Below, one piece after another: positions 1 through 9,050 of a stretch of 64,000 nt of DNA. Source of the stretch: a virus; the UHGV virus genome UHGV-0248979; one strand, given 5' to 3'. Numbering within the stretch: the first letter of the stretch is position 1; the number at the start of each line of letters is the position of its first letter. The notes under the pieces are model-generated. The model did not search any database. It saw nothing but the letters and a program-made list of their open reading frames with translations, and was not told the DNA's origin. The translations under genes and the position numbers were made by a program.

Positions 1-238
1 AGAACAACGGTTGCGACGCAGCGATCAGTTCTTCAGGCTGTTCACGCGCAACACAAAGTAAGCGTATCAAATCAGGGTTAGAATCCGATAAAATATACCG
101 GCTGTAATTCGTATTTAGGAAAACAGACCCTGCACCCACAAACGGTTCTACAAAGGTTGTACGTTTAGGCAAGACCTTTTGTAATTCCCCTAAAACACGT
201 GTTTTCCCACCCATCCACTTAATAATTGGTTTCCGCAT
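1..238 (-). CDS. dam: DNA adenine methyltransferase (Dam-like), N-terminal part only; gene runs off the window start
   Basis: Minus-strand translation from ATG at 238 gives MRKPIIKWMGGKTRVLGELQKVLPKRTTFVEPFVGAGSVFLNTNYSRYILSDSNPDLI..., closely matching the N-terminus of E. coli Dam as recalled (KWAGGK, VEPFVGAGSVFLNT, SRYIL, DLI). Absent from ORF track because truncated. Overlaps the 3' end of the upstream gene. Confidence 0.8.
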   Translation of the reverse strand, partial: MRKPIIKWMGGKTRVLGELQKVLPKRTTFVEPFVGAGSVFLNTNYSRYILSDSNPDLIRLLCVAREQPEELIAASQPLF

Positions 239-1217
239 TATATCCGCCTTGTAACGATGATACTTCGTCGCCTAACACCAGCTCGACACGATTTTTCCGA
301 CGCTCCCAACTGACGACGTCATCGTCGCGCACTAAAACAAATTCGTACTCGTAGGACCGAAATTTAAATAATTCGACGACCAGGTGTCTAAATGCAGGGT
401 TGTTATTGAAACACCCTATCTCCAATGGTGCCGCTGTTGTCGATGCAATCTGCAGAGCACGGTATAACAAAGTCCGTCCGATACCACGCCCCCGATGTGT
501 TTCACTTACCGCAATGGCTTTTAATTCACACTCGTTAAGATTACGCAATTTAACTTGCACCACGCCCACAACATCGTTGCCGTCCATCCAAACGTAGGTG
601 TGGTGGTTGACGTGACGTACTAACTCCACCAACGTTTCGACTTGTGGCATGATTTGTCGTGAGCGGCCCACAGGGTCAGCGTTGATGTTTTCAACTACGC
701 TCGCGCCTAAAAGCAACATAAGCTGTTCTCGTTGTGCAGCGGTTAACTCTTTATAAAAATCACCAGAGATGTTCTTCACGTTCGTTGGTAGAGCGATATC
801 CAATAACGAGCGTGTACCTAAACGGTATGTGGTGTGGGTGTGTCTAAATCCTAAGTCATTAAGCTCAGAGATTTCTTCTACACCACTGGCGATTCGATTA
901 AGATACGTAAAACCGGTGTAGTCGAGTACCAGTAGTAGGTTCAGTTTGTTCAAACAACCTGGTACAATTTCATGCATATACAAGCAGTGTAACGTTGGAT
1001 CGCCGTAAATGTGTTTTGTGATGATAAACCCTTGAATTGTTTTTCCTTTTTGTAAAGAGAACGTATTCAGTTCACTATTGCACAACGCCTCACGAATCAC
1101 CGCACCGTTAGGGCCAGATAAACAAGCCTGAAGTTGAGGGTTGCGAATATCTCTACGTGCTAACCGACCTACTGTTAAATCCGTGGCGGTACGTTCTATA
1201 GTCTTCCTAAAAGCCAT
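219..1217 (-). CDS. Two-domain protein with C-terminal GNAT acetyltransferase domain
   Basis: 332-aa ORF; C-terminal part has GNAT motif A-like HRGRGIGRTLL; N-terminal ~200 aa unrecognised. SD AAGGAG upstream of ATG at 1217. Confidence 0.6.
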   Translation of the reverse strand: MAFRKTIERTATDLTVGRLARRDIRNPQLQACLSGPNGAVIREALCNSELNTFSLQKGKTIQGFIITKHIYGDPTLHCLYMHEIVPGCLNKLNLLLVLDYTGFTYLNRIASGVEEISELNDLGFRHTHTTYRLGTRSLLDIALPTNVKNISGDFYKELTAAQREQLMLLLGASVVENINADPVGRSRQIMPQVETLVELVRHVNHHTYVWMDGNDVVGVVQVKLRNLNECELKAIAVSETHRGRGIGRTLLYRALQIASTTAAPLEIGCFNNNPAFRHLVVELFKFRSYEYEFVLVRDDDVVSWERRKNRVELVLGDEVSSLQGGYNAETNY

Positions 1218-1265
1218 GTTAATTACTCCTTAAAAGGTCGTCTCAAAACAATACGCTAAAGCTGT

Positions 1266-1300
1266 AAAAACAAAAAAGAAAGGGGAACCGAAGTTCCCCA
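1266..1300 (-). terminator. intrinsic terminator
   Basis: Hairpin GGGGAAC-CGAA-GTTCCCC preceded on plus strand by an A-run; just downstream of stop at 1312. Confidence 0.6.
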
Positions 1301-1311
1301 ATTATTAAACA

Positions 1312-1968
1312 TCACGCAAAAGGGGCAGAGCTTGTGAAAGCAAGATTGGGTGTCATGCCAGCTTTCCCTAATTTTTCATACAGGTAATTGAAAAATCTGA
1401 GATGGACCTCGTAGTGGCCAGTCGCTACTCGCTGGCCGTAAACTTCTACCAAGTCAGGCGAAAACTTAATATGGCAGTTTTGTCTAGAGAACAAAGGTTG
1501 TTGCACCCCACCCTTAATTAAGATGCGATACTTTTTACCATCGTCTGTTACGGCGTGAAGAATATTTGTATTGAAATGGAAATAGATAGAAGGGTTAAAA
1601 CTCAACCAGTCGGCAGCATTGACTAGTAGGTCAGCTAACTTAACACCGATTTTGTCAAGTTCAGGCCCTTCAAACTTATGCATTAACCGCAGGAGAATTT
1701 CAGTAATAACCGTACCTGTAAGTAACTTGTCTCTATTAAGGCCAGGCGCAACCGCCAAAATGTCGCCATTATAAGTGCAGACAAGTGTGAATAAGTTGAA
1801 AGGCTGGTCTTGATAAAAATCGAAAACCAGGTCAGTATACGGATTAAAAGTTAAGAATTTCACCCCAATTATTTCATTAACGCAGGGTAAAAGTTCAACC
1901 TTCGCAGCCGGTTGAACTTCGTTGGCTTTAGTCTCGTTCTTTACAGTTTCTTTAGTTTTCGGTGCCAT
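1312..1968 (-). CDS. hypothetical protein
   Basis: 218-aa ORF, SD AGGAG upstream of ATG, hairpin terminator downstream; no motif recognised. Confidence 0.5.
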   Translation of the reverse strand: MAPKTKETVKNETKANEVQPAAKVELLPCVNEIIGVKFLTFNPYTDLVFDFYQDQPFNLFTLVCTYNGDILAVAPGLNRDKLLTGTVITEILLRLMHKFEGPELDKIGVKLADLLVNAADWLSFNPSIYFHFNTNILHAVTDDGKKYRILIKGGVQQPLFSRQNCHIKFSPDLVEVYGQRVATGHYEVHLRFFNYLYEKLGKAGMTPNLAFTSSAPFA

Positions 1969-1989
1969 GATATTACTCCTTCAGGTTGA

Positions 1990-2349
1990 TTAGTGTGTTA
2001 CAGTGTTAGTGATAAAACGCACATTCTTCTTGGTACGTTTAATGGACGTGTTTGCAACGTAGTCCAATGCGGACTCTACGTGAACGGTTACTGAGCAACG
2101 ACCCTTAACGGAATTAAAACTAATCTGATATTTCAGACGAATCGCATCAGCAACTTTCATCATAATCGGCAAGCTTAAACGTTCTACGCGTTCGTTCTTA
2201 ATAGATGAGATAACGGGTTGTGAAACTTTCGCAAGCTGGGCAAGCTCACGCTGGGTAATGTCTTTCGTGGTCAAATGACAAACTACGTAAGACAAATGAA
2301 GGCCAAATTTACGTTTTGCCAGAACGATGGAATTGTGATTGTAAGCCAC
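1990..2349 (-). CDS. XRE-type helix-turn-helix DNA-binding protein (candidate early regulator)
   Basis: 119-aa ORF with HTH-like ITQRELAQLAKVSQPVISSIKN; apparent GTG start at 2349 preceded by AGGAG; conserved upstream motif at 2398-2423. Confidence 0.55.
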   Translation of the reverse strand: MAYNHNSIVLAKRKFGLHLSYVVCHLTTKDITQRELAQLAKVSQPVISSIKNERVERLSLPIMMKVADAIRLKYQISFNSVKGRCSVTVHVESALDYVANTSIKRTKKNVRFITNTVTH

Positions 2350-2397
2350 GGTAATACTCCTTTAGGTTAACAAGTCGGTGTAAAGAGTTAATTGTAA

Positions 2398-2423
2398 CTC
2401 TCACCTAAGTAATATATATCTGA
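2398..2423 (-). promoter_or_regulatory. conserved promoter-like motif, copy 1 (candidate phage early promoter)
   Basis: Plus-strand CTCTCACCTAAGTAATATATATCTGA; on coding strand TCAGATATATATTACTTAGGTGAGAG, 48 nt upstream of start at 2349. Confidence 0.45.
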
Positions 2424-2462
2424 GAAAAAATAAAATATAGGTACCACCGTTGGGTGGTACCT
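2424..2462 (-). terminator. intrinsic terminator
   Basis: Hairpin GGTACCACC-GTTG-GGTGGTACC preceded by A-rich run; downstream of tmk stop. Confidence 0.6.
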
Positions 2463-2468
2463 AAGCGG

Positions 2469-3092
2469 TTAGTTTGCTAAAATGTACGTAACAATCTCTG
2501 CGGCTTTCAAACGGTAATCGTCATTCTGCGTTACCGGTAATAACGCGTGAAGACAACCGCCTTCTGTTAAGATGTGGTGCGCGAATCGATAACGGTCACG
2601 TAAACCATCCCAACATTGGTTGTCCTTTAGATACTTAACTGTAAGTACCTCATCATCCCAATTCTTACCTTGTTCTTCTACACGTTTCTTAAATCGTGTT
2701 AACGCTGTTGGGTAATCAACATCTGTCCAAACATAAAGGTCAGGAGTGTGGAAATGACGAGTTAGCTTACGTTGGAAAACCACATCCTTACCATCTGTCC
2801 CCTGATAAACGATCGTTGAAGGACAGAAGCGATCGAAAATAACGACATCGTACTCGTCAACAACATGGTCCAACGTGTGAAGGAAATCATCACACATCGC
2901 TTCAGCAATTTTTGTATTCGAAGCAGACTGTACAACCAAACTGCGTGCACGAATGCCCGCCTCGGTTTCAGATGTCGGATGGTTCCGAACGCAAACTTTT
3001 AATCCGGCGGATTCCAACATCGCTTTTACCATTTTACACAACGTTGATTTCCCAGAAAAGTCAGGACCATCAATAGACACTGTCTTAAGCAT
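2469..3092 (-). CDS. tmk: thymidylate (dTMP) kinase
   Basis: 207-aa ORF with N-terminal P-loop VSIDGPDFSGKSTL and downstream DRF motif, the thymidylate kinase arrangement; ATG at 3092 verified; terminator downstream. Confidence 0.7.
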   Translation of the reverse strand: MLKTVSIDGPDFSGKSTLCKMVKAMLESAGLKVCVRNHPTSETEAGIRARSLVVQSASNTKIAEAMCDDFLHTLDHVVDEYDVVIFDRFCPSTIVYQGTDGKDVVFQRKLTRHFHTPDLYVWTDVDYPTALTRFKKRVEEQGKNWDDEVLTVKYLKDNQCWDGLRDRYRFAHHILTEGGCLHALLPVTQNDDYRLKAAEIVTYILAN

Positions 3093-3161
3093 TATAGTTT
3101 TACCTTTTTACGCACGTTAAGTGAAACTTCTCACAATGAGGGTAACAGTTGTAATAATTTA

Positions 3162-3210
3162 CAATAAAAAAGAAACCCGCCCCTACCGTTAAGTAGGGGT
3201 AAGGTTTTAT
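3162..3210. terminator. hairpin terminator (bidirectional-looking)
   Basis: CCCCTAC-CGTTAA-GTAGGGG flanked by A-run and T-run. Confidence 0.5.
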
Positions 3211-3812
3211 TGGTGGTCAACAATCGGACCACTCCACACTTCTGACGTTTCCGGTGAGGTGAGGTTAGCAGCCTGTGCAGAAGTTACGCACAGCAAGACT
3301 AACCCTTGTTTAGCAAGATAATGTTGCATTCTTGCTGCCTGCACGGCGGTGTCCACAATAACGAGCTCAGCGTCACGTAGAAGCGTTAGAGCTGCTTGCC
3401 CCTCTTGCGGTGTGGTTAAAGCATCACTGTCGTCCAGAATGCGTTTAAGGCGGTTATACGCCAACCCAGTTACATTACTCCGACCTGCACGAAGATCAAC
3501 GACCATATTGCTGTATTCCCCCACCACTTGTTGCGTCGAGTTTGGATAAAATCGAAACGCAGCACGGCGACGTTTACGTCGCACCTCAGAAATCGCGCGT
3601 TGTAAAACCAGCAATACGTATTTCGGAGCCGCTTCGCTATTCGGTCGACGCATCTTGGCTAAACGTGCAGCTAAATCCAAAATTTTCGTTAAGGGATAGC
3701 GGTGTTTAAACCCGTCACGTTCGATAGTAACGCCACGTTTAGGCAACTTGCCTGTTTTGTTGATATACGATACTGTAATCAATAGTAATGAATCGAGAAT
3801 CATCTCTGACAT
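3207..3812 (-). CDS. hypothetical protein
   Basis: 201-aa ORF in co-directional block; no motif recognised. Confidence 0.5.
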   Translation of the reverse strand: MSEMILDSLLLITVSYINKTGKLPKRGVTIERDGFKHRYPLTKILDLAARLAKMRRPNSEAAPKYVLLVLQRAISEVRRKRRRAAFRFYPNSTQQVVGEYSNMVVDLRAGRSNVTGLAYNRLKRILDDSDALTTPQEGQAALTLLRDAELVIVDTAVQAARMQHYLAKQGLVLLCVTSAQAANLTSPETSEVWSGPIVDHQ

Positions 3813-3826
3813 TACAAGGCCCTCTC

Positions 3827-4198
3827 TTAGAACCCCTCAAGAACAGCTTTCACAAATTCGTAAACCGTGCGTCGGTGTTCTTCAAGCGGATAAACAAACT
3901 TAGAATAATCGTTGTTCCAGACAACCGGATAGAGGTCGCCATCACAACTTAAATAGCTCTTACGAACCATGTAATAATCTAAACCTACACGGAAGTTTAA
4001 CGACAGACTACCGTGTTTACTACAAACGTGTAGCTGGAGCGATTTCACACCGTCGTGAGTTGGCGATTCAATCGTTTCCGCATACAATACATCCGAACAC
4101 TGTTCTATAGCGCTAACGACATCTCTGAGGTTGTTGTCTGCATCGATGGTCGCTTTTCGGAGAGCGTCGGTGTATTGCTGAAGTTCTCGATAGAACAT
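3827..4198 (-). CDS. hypothetical protein
   Basis: 123-aa ORF; AGGAGA SD 8-9 nt upstream of ATG at 4198; overlaps 3' end of upstream gene. Confidence 0.45.
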   Translation of the reverse strand: MFYRELQQYTDALRKATIDADNNLRDVVSAIEQCSDVLYAETIESPTHDGVKSLQLHVCSKHGSLSLNFRVGLDYYMVRKSYLSCDGDLYPVVWNNDYSKFVYPLEEHRRTVYEFVKAVLEGF

Positions 4199-4737
4199 CC
4201 TGCTAATCTCCTGTCTCTACCGTAAGGTAGGGGAAATGCTTTGTGTTCATATTCTGCAACGACATACGCAGGATAGAACAAAAGGTATTTATAGAACGTA
4301 GACAACGTAACGTTTTTCTGGGTGGCTAAAAAGTAATTAAGATCGGGGTTGTCTGGAAAAGCAAAATGCAATCCTGTGTATACCTGACCTTTATACTCCC
4401 CATTAAAGGGTGTGACTGCACATCGTGGGTGTGTCGGCTCGACGTGTAACCAACGACTTCTTACGTGATAAACGCCACGGACTGTCGCGTTTCGTGTTTT
4501 ACCCAAATAACGACAACGAATATTCTTTTCCCACGCCGCACGTTGAGTGGGTGAACCCAGAGAAACAAACCGCGTTAAAGCTTCAGGTGTAAAGTAATCA
4601 AAAATGCCGGTCGGTAAACACCAACACGCTTTATCGATTCGTACCACTCTCCAACCAGGACGAAAACCCACAGCGTAACGCTCTACACCAAAAGTATATC
4701 TAGACCCGTCATGAAACGGTACTAATCTTGCAGCCAT
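4105..4737 (-). CDS. hypothetical protein
   Basis: 210-aa ORF immediately downstream of the GNAT gene; no motif recognised. Confidence 0.45.
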   Translation of the reverse strand: MAARLVPFHDGSRYTFGVERYAVGFRPGWRVVRIDKACWCLPTGIFDYFTPEALTRFVSLGSPTQRAAWEKNIRCRYLGKTRNATVRGVYHVRSRWLHVEPTHPRCAVTPFNGEYKGQVYTGLHFAFPDNPDLNYFLATQKNVTLSTFYKYLLFYPAYVVAEYEHKAFPLPYGRDRRLAGCSIENFSNTPTLSEKRPSMQTTTSEMSLAL

Positions 4738-4738
4738 T

Positions 4739-5206
4739 TTAGATTTCCTTTATCATTTCCCTGCATTCGGTACGGAATCCCATCTTCTCATACAAGGAGA
4801 TAGCTTTAACGTTGTTGTCTAACACATCCAGACTCATCCAACCACAGCCTTTGGACTTTCCGTATTCACGGACTTTGTCCATAAGCGCACGGCCTACCCC
4901 TTGAGAGCGTGCTTCAGGAACCACATAGTAATTCCCGATGTAAACAAACGTGTCCTTTGAGCAAGAACCCATTGAGAACGTCATAAATCCCAGAAGCTGT
5001 TCGTTGTCGTCCACCGCACACGCACAGAGATAATCTTGAGGCCAAATCTCTTCTAAACGTTCGATGGGGTTGAACGTGTCACGTCCGGTTAACTGACTAA
5101 TACGCACTTTCTCTTCTGCGAACAGCATGTTGTGCAGTTTGAGTACCTGGTCGCCGTATAACTTTCCGTATTTACTGTCGGGTTTGAGAATAATAGTAAT
5201 ACGCAT
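4739..5206 (-). CDS. GNAT family N-acetyltransferase
   Basis: 155-aa ORF with canonical GNAT motifs (VPEARSQGVGRALM; NNVKAISLYEKMGF); ATG at 5206 overlaps upstream stop (TAATG). Confidence 0.8.
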   Translation of the reverse strand: MRITIILKPDSKYGKLYGDQVLKLHNMLFAEEKVRISQLTGRDTFNPIERLEEIWPQDYLCACAVDDNEQLLGFMTFSMGSCSKDTFVYIGNYYVVPEARSQGVGRALMDKVREYGKSKGCGWMSLDVLDNNVKAISLYEKMGFRTECREMIKEI

Positions 5207-6339
5207 TATTTAACCTCAATCAGCGACAACCTGCACCATTCCAGTAAGCCCTCCGCAACACGCACCAACGAAGTAGTAAAGGCATCTTCTAAACGCAGCG
5301 CGTTTTTATACCGGACAGTAGCATCGCGTAACTCACGGCCATCTAACGATTTCAGCTCTTTTTTCATTCGCTGAACTTCATCGTAAATACCGGTATAACC
5401 AACACTACGTCGTTTCGTACCACGCTGACGTAACGCTCGGATAATGTTTCTAACAGCGTCTAGAGCTGAACCGATTTCGTGCAAGTTCAGAGATTTGATT
5501 GTGTGGCCAAAATCACCATCGCGGGCAATCGCCCACTCAATCTTACCGTTGTCGTGTTCAACGACCACCACGTTACCAGGCCACGGATACGCTTTCACCG
5601 TTTTAAACGGATCAATAATACCGAACAGTCCTGCGCTTCGTTTAATCGCCCAGTTCGTCGACCGACCCACTTTCTCCAAACCGCTCTCGGTAACTTTCTT
5701 GCTCTTACCGATAATAGTGCGTGTTTTAACGGTATACTCGTTGACCATCGCATCCATTGCGCTCAGGTTCTTACTGAATTCAATACATGCTTTTACGTTA
5801 GGCTTGTCTTCTAAACAAACTTTGGTTGTCCAACTTCCCGTGTCGCAGTCGACAGGCTTTAACGTGTCCTTGATGCCGAGTAAACTTAGCTTTGCGGTTA
5901 ACTTTTGCAGTTTGCGTTCTAAAGTCGTCGCTTTAGACGTCGCTTCTTTTAATTCCTTTATGACTTCTTTACCGGCGGCTTCCGCGAAGTCGACAAAACG
6001 TAACGCAAGTTGCTTAGAATGCTTACCTGCGAAGTTTCCAGTTGCCTTAGCCCCCGCTACCGCTGCCTTTCCAGCAACACGACTAGCCCCTTTAACCGCT
6101 CTGCCGGTCGCGCGTGCGACCGCTTTACCTACTCCTGCGTAAGGCTCAGTGTCCGCAACAAATTGCGCGCGTTCCATCATCGCTGCAGACTCTAGCGCAA
6201 CCTGCACATCGTCTAAAACCCACCGTTTTCGGATAGCGACAATCGCCGGATAATTGTCTTTAACATTAAGCGACTCTAACGCGACCAATCGATCGTAGTC
6301 ATCGCAAAGGACTTCTAAATCGGAATCTAATGTTGACAT
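5206..6339 (-). CDS. hypothetical protein
   Basis: 377-aa ORF; Ala/Lys-rich central region; no motif recognised. Confidence 0.5.
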   Translation of the reverse strand: MSTLDSDLEVLCDDYDRLVALESLNVKDNYPAIVAIRKRWVLDDVQVALESAAMMERAQFVADTEPYAGVGKAVARATGRAVKGASRVAGKAAVAGAKATGNFAGKHSKQLALRFVDFAEAAGKEVIKELKEATSKATTLERKLQKLTAKLSLLGIKDTLKPVDCDTGSWTTKVCLEDKPNVKACIEFSKNLSAMDAMVNEYTVKTRTIIGKSKKVTESGLEKVGRSTNWAIKRSAGLFGIIDPFKTVKAYPWPGNVVVVEHDNGKIEWAIARDGDFGHTIKSLNLHEIGSALDAVRNIIRALRQRGTKRRSVGYTGIYDEVQRMKKELKSLDGRELRDATVRYKNALRLEDAFTTSLVRVAEGLLEWCRLSLIEVK

Positions 6340-6389
6340 CCTTTACCCCATTTTAAGCTAAAGCGGGGAGAAGCCCGCCCTGACTAACT

Positions 6390-6938
6390 TCATAATAAGC
6401 GTAGGTCTTCTAACCACTTAGATGCATCCGTAACATGATAATAGCAAGGGATGTTCAGTGACTGCGCATAGCGGACACCCATTGCTGTACCACCTTTTGG
6501 ATTTCCCTTTTTATCGTGTTCAGCGTAATAATAGACCGCATCTACGGGGTTGTCTAAAGCGTCACCGGATACAATATTTAAGTTTCGTCCATGCAAAGCC
6601 CAAGCTATATCCGATAGCTTATCGGGATTAGGGTGAAGCGATGCCACAATCCCACGATAACGAATGTCTTGAGGGATAACGAGAAAGTCAACATTCGGAT
6701 GTAACTTACGTAACCACAACTTACGATCGTCGGGCAAATAGCAAATATGTGGACCTGGTTCAGTACGCGCTAACATAAACTGTAATTGGTCTGGCCCTTT
6801 ATAACAACCACCCGAACGGGTTTCGATTTTGTGCTGTTTATTACGAAGAATTTTGAACCCGCGTTGCAACACGTCCAACATTTCTTGCATCGTGTCTTCG
6901 GGAGTTTCTCGAGAACCAATAATAGCGATTTTATACAT
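6390..6938 (-). CDS. hypothetical protein, possibly Rossmann-fold SLOG/DprA-like
   Basis: 182-aa ORF starting MYKIAIIGSRE..., reminiscent of SLOG/DprA-type N-termini; assignment weak. Confidence 0.35.
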   Translation of the reverse strand: MYKIAIIGSRETPEDTMQEMLDVLQRGFKILRNKQHKIETRSGGCYKGPDQLQFMLARTEPGPHICYLPDDRKLWLRKLHPNVDFLVIPQDIRYRGIVASLHPNPDKLSDIAWALHGRNLNIVSGDALDNPVDAVYYYAEHDKKGNPKGGTAMGVRYAQSLNIPCYYHVTDASKWLEDLRLL

Positions 6939-6967
6939 TTGTCACCTCCATACTGAAGTTGTGAAGT

Positions 6968-7010
6968 GAAAAAAAGAAAGCAGGAGAGAACCCCGAAAAG
7001 GTTCTCTCCT
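6968..7010 (-). terminator. intrinsic terminator
   Basis: 10-bp stem GGAGAGAACC...GGTTCTCTCC preceded by A-run; downstream of stop at 7024. Confidence 0.6.
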
Positions 7011-7023
7011 ATCGTTGACGATA

Positions 7024-7686
7024 TCACTCTTCTAAACTACTTAAAACGGCAGTTTCGAGTAACGCTTTACCCATCCAGACATCCAACTCACCATCTAAGT
7101 CAGCTAAAGGGCGCTTATCCAGTTCGTTGTTGTAGTTAAGTCCGTCAAGGGTTTTATTCGTAATAATTTGCCCAATATGAAGCGGTAGAATAAAACGATT
7201 TCGTGCGCTATAAATAAACGAATCACATTCGTAAACTACCGCATAGCGCTCAAGATCGTCATCATACTCAACATGGCACTGCGAGCCAGTGTCCCATGCA
7301 CGTGACAAAACCATACCACGATCTTGACACATCTTCTCTACTGACGCTTTCGCGGACTTTGCCCATTTATCGTAATTTTTCGGTTGGCCGTTTTCGAAAT
7401 CGAACCAATCCAGATACTTACCGGGAATCTCAAGAAAGTCGTTTAGTTGAAGTTTTGTGTAAGATACCATCACCGCGTCATTAATATCGTTGCGGTTAGT
7501 TAACTTTACCCGATACCGACCTTCCGGTGTGGGTGCACCCATTAAAGAAACATCCACTTTCTCAGCCGAAAGCTTTTTACGTACACTGCCGTTATTACAG
7601 TAGCTGACGAGGTTGAGTAAGTTCTGTCTATGACCAACTTCAAAATCAATTACAAAAGACATACAAACTCCGCGGGGGTTAATCAC
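7024..7686 (-). CDS. hypothetical protein
   Basis: 220-aa ORF; terminator hairpin downstream (6968-7010). Confidence 0.5.
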   Translation of the reverse strand: MINPRGVCMSFVIDFEVGHRQNLLNLVSYCNNGSVRKKLSAEKVDVSLMGAPTPEGRYRVKLTNRNDINDAVMVSYTKLQLNDFLEIPGKYLDWFDFENGQPKNYDKWAKSAKASVEKMCQDRGMVLSRAWDTGSQCHVEYDDDLERYAVVYECDSFIYSARNRFILPLHIGQIITNKTLDGLNYNNELDKRPLADLDGELDVWMGKALLETAVLSSLEE

Positions 7687-8078
7687 TAATACCCGTATAA
7701 CGGGTAGCGTGCGGTGATCTCATCACCGACATAAAAAGTTAAACGTTGGATTTTAATACTTTTATTTACATAGGGTACAGTTTCTAACGTTACCTTTACA
7801 CCGGCAGAACAGCTTCCAGGATCAACAAACTGATATGTACGTCGTTTGATATTTACCAAATAGTAGCCACCCGCTGGGCACAGTTCGGTTTTGCCATAAT
7901 TTACCGTGGCAAACTCATCGTTTTGAACCGCAACGACTGGTTGGTCGGTAGATTTAAATACGACAGGTTTATCCCCTGGCACCGTAGGTTCAAAACGACT
8001 AATATCGTGCGGTTTAAATTCCGCTATCGCGGAAAATGAAAGTAACGTTAGAAAAAGGGTAATAACAGATCTTTTCAT
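7686..8078 (-). CDS. secreted/periplasmic protein with N-terminal signal peptide
   Basis: 130-aa ORF; N-terminus MKRSVITLFLTLLSFSAIA looks like a Sec signal peptide; ATG at 8078 verified. Confidence 0.5.
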   Translation of the reverse strand: MKRSVITLFLTLLSFSAIAEFKPHDISRFEPTVPGDKPVVFKSTDQPVVAVQNDEFATVNYGKTELCPAGGYYLVNIKRRTYQFVDPGSCSAGVKVTLETVPYVNKSIKIQRLTFYVGDEITARYPLYGY

Positions 8079-8554
8079 CAGTATACCTCATCAAGATGTT
8101 CGCGTAGCCATGGTTTCGACTCTAAGCGCGGAATCATGTTCCGCGTGTTCGGCGAAAACCATAACGCTTCGCGATATTTCTTTTTGAAACGTTCCCAGTG
8201 ATACGAGAATGGCTTGGGTGTAAAACCGCGCTCTTTTAGCACCTCCTCCCAAACCAAGTCTTTAATAAAATCATCCACTAAAATTAATACCAGCGCTTTC
8301 CATTTACTACGTCGGTAGTGCCGTGTAAAAGATTTGCGGAGATCAGAAAAGTCCTCTCGTCGCCGAGAACGTACTACTGGAGTTGCCTTCTCTTTAAATT
8401 GCGAACAAGGATTATGTTCTATTATCGTTACAGGAACACCCCGAACACGACCTGTACGCAAGTCAATCTCGTGAGCGGGGATAACTTCAACGCAACGTAA
8501 CACTTTTGCTTTATTGCCTTCCAAGCACCGCGTCTCATATTCGACACGAATCAT
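8078..8554 (-). CDS. hypothetical protein
   Basis: 158-aa basic ORF; stop overlaps downstream start. Confidence 0.5.
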   Translation of the reverse strand: MIRVEYETRCLEGNKAKVLRCVEVIPAHEIDLRTGRVRGVPVTIIEHNPCSQFKEKATPVVRSRRREDFSDLRKSFTRHYRRSKWKALVLILVDDFIKDLVWEEVLKERGFTPKPFSYHWERFKKKYREALWFSPNTRNMIPRLESKPWLREHLDEVY

Positions 8555-8573
8555 TTTGGGCTCTCAACCATTT

Positions 8574-9050
8574 CTAATAAATCTTATCCGCAACAGAGAG
8601 AAAGATGGGGGTGTTTTCAATAAAATCCACCAAATATCCTTCTTCTGGCGGGGTGTATGACGAATCAATGTTACTGTTCGTCATACGAAAATACCGACGG
8701 GAGTCACTGGCAATAAACCATCGGTCTATTTGGAAGCCTTTTTTGGAAAAGAAACACAGCCCGTCGATGTTTGAGGGATGAACACGACACATCACCATTT
8801 GACGATCTGAATTGAGTTGAACGTATTTCAGTAAAAAGGAACCTACACCACTGCGACGAGAACCCTCGGCCACCACCAGATAAATAAGATTCCCCGGTTC
8901 CCAGATTGCAACCCCATGTGTAATATCGTCTTCAACGGCCAAAGTGATTCTAACCGGCGTTTCACGAATCGAATTTAAGTCTTTCACATATTCGCACAAT
9001 TCAGGAAATTTAGCAGAGATTTTGTCTTCGGTAATATTTAACGGTTGCAT
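8574..9050 (-). CDS. GNAT-like acetyltransferase
   Basis: 158-aa ORF with GNAT motif A-like AEGSRRSGVGSFLL and motif B-like FFSKKGF. Confidence 0.55.
   Translation of the reverse strand: MQPLNITEDKISAKFPELCEYVKDLNSIRETPVRITLAVEDDITHGVAIWEPGNLIYLVVAEGSRRSGVGSFLLKYVQLNSDRQMVMCRVHPSNIDGLCFFSKKGFQIDRWFIASDSRRYFRMTNSNIDSSYTPPEEGYLVDFIENTPIFLSVADKIY

Noticed and set aside
400-597. 65-aa plus-strand ORF
   Set aside because: Embedded antisense within the GNAT-domain gene 219-1217; no SD.
4739-5206. GNAT genes as toxins of GNAT/antitoxin modules
   Set aside because: No small RHH/HTH antitoxin-sized ORF is immediately adjacent to any of the three GNAT genes; flanking genes are 150-380 aa.
5444-6142. 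232-aa plus-strand ORF inside gene 5206-6339
   Set aside because: Fully embedded antisense to a longer gene in a co-directional minus-strand operon; no SD or independent signals.
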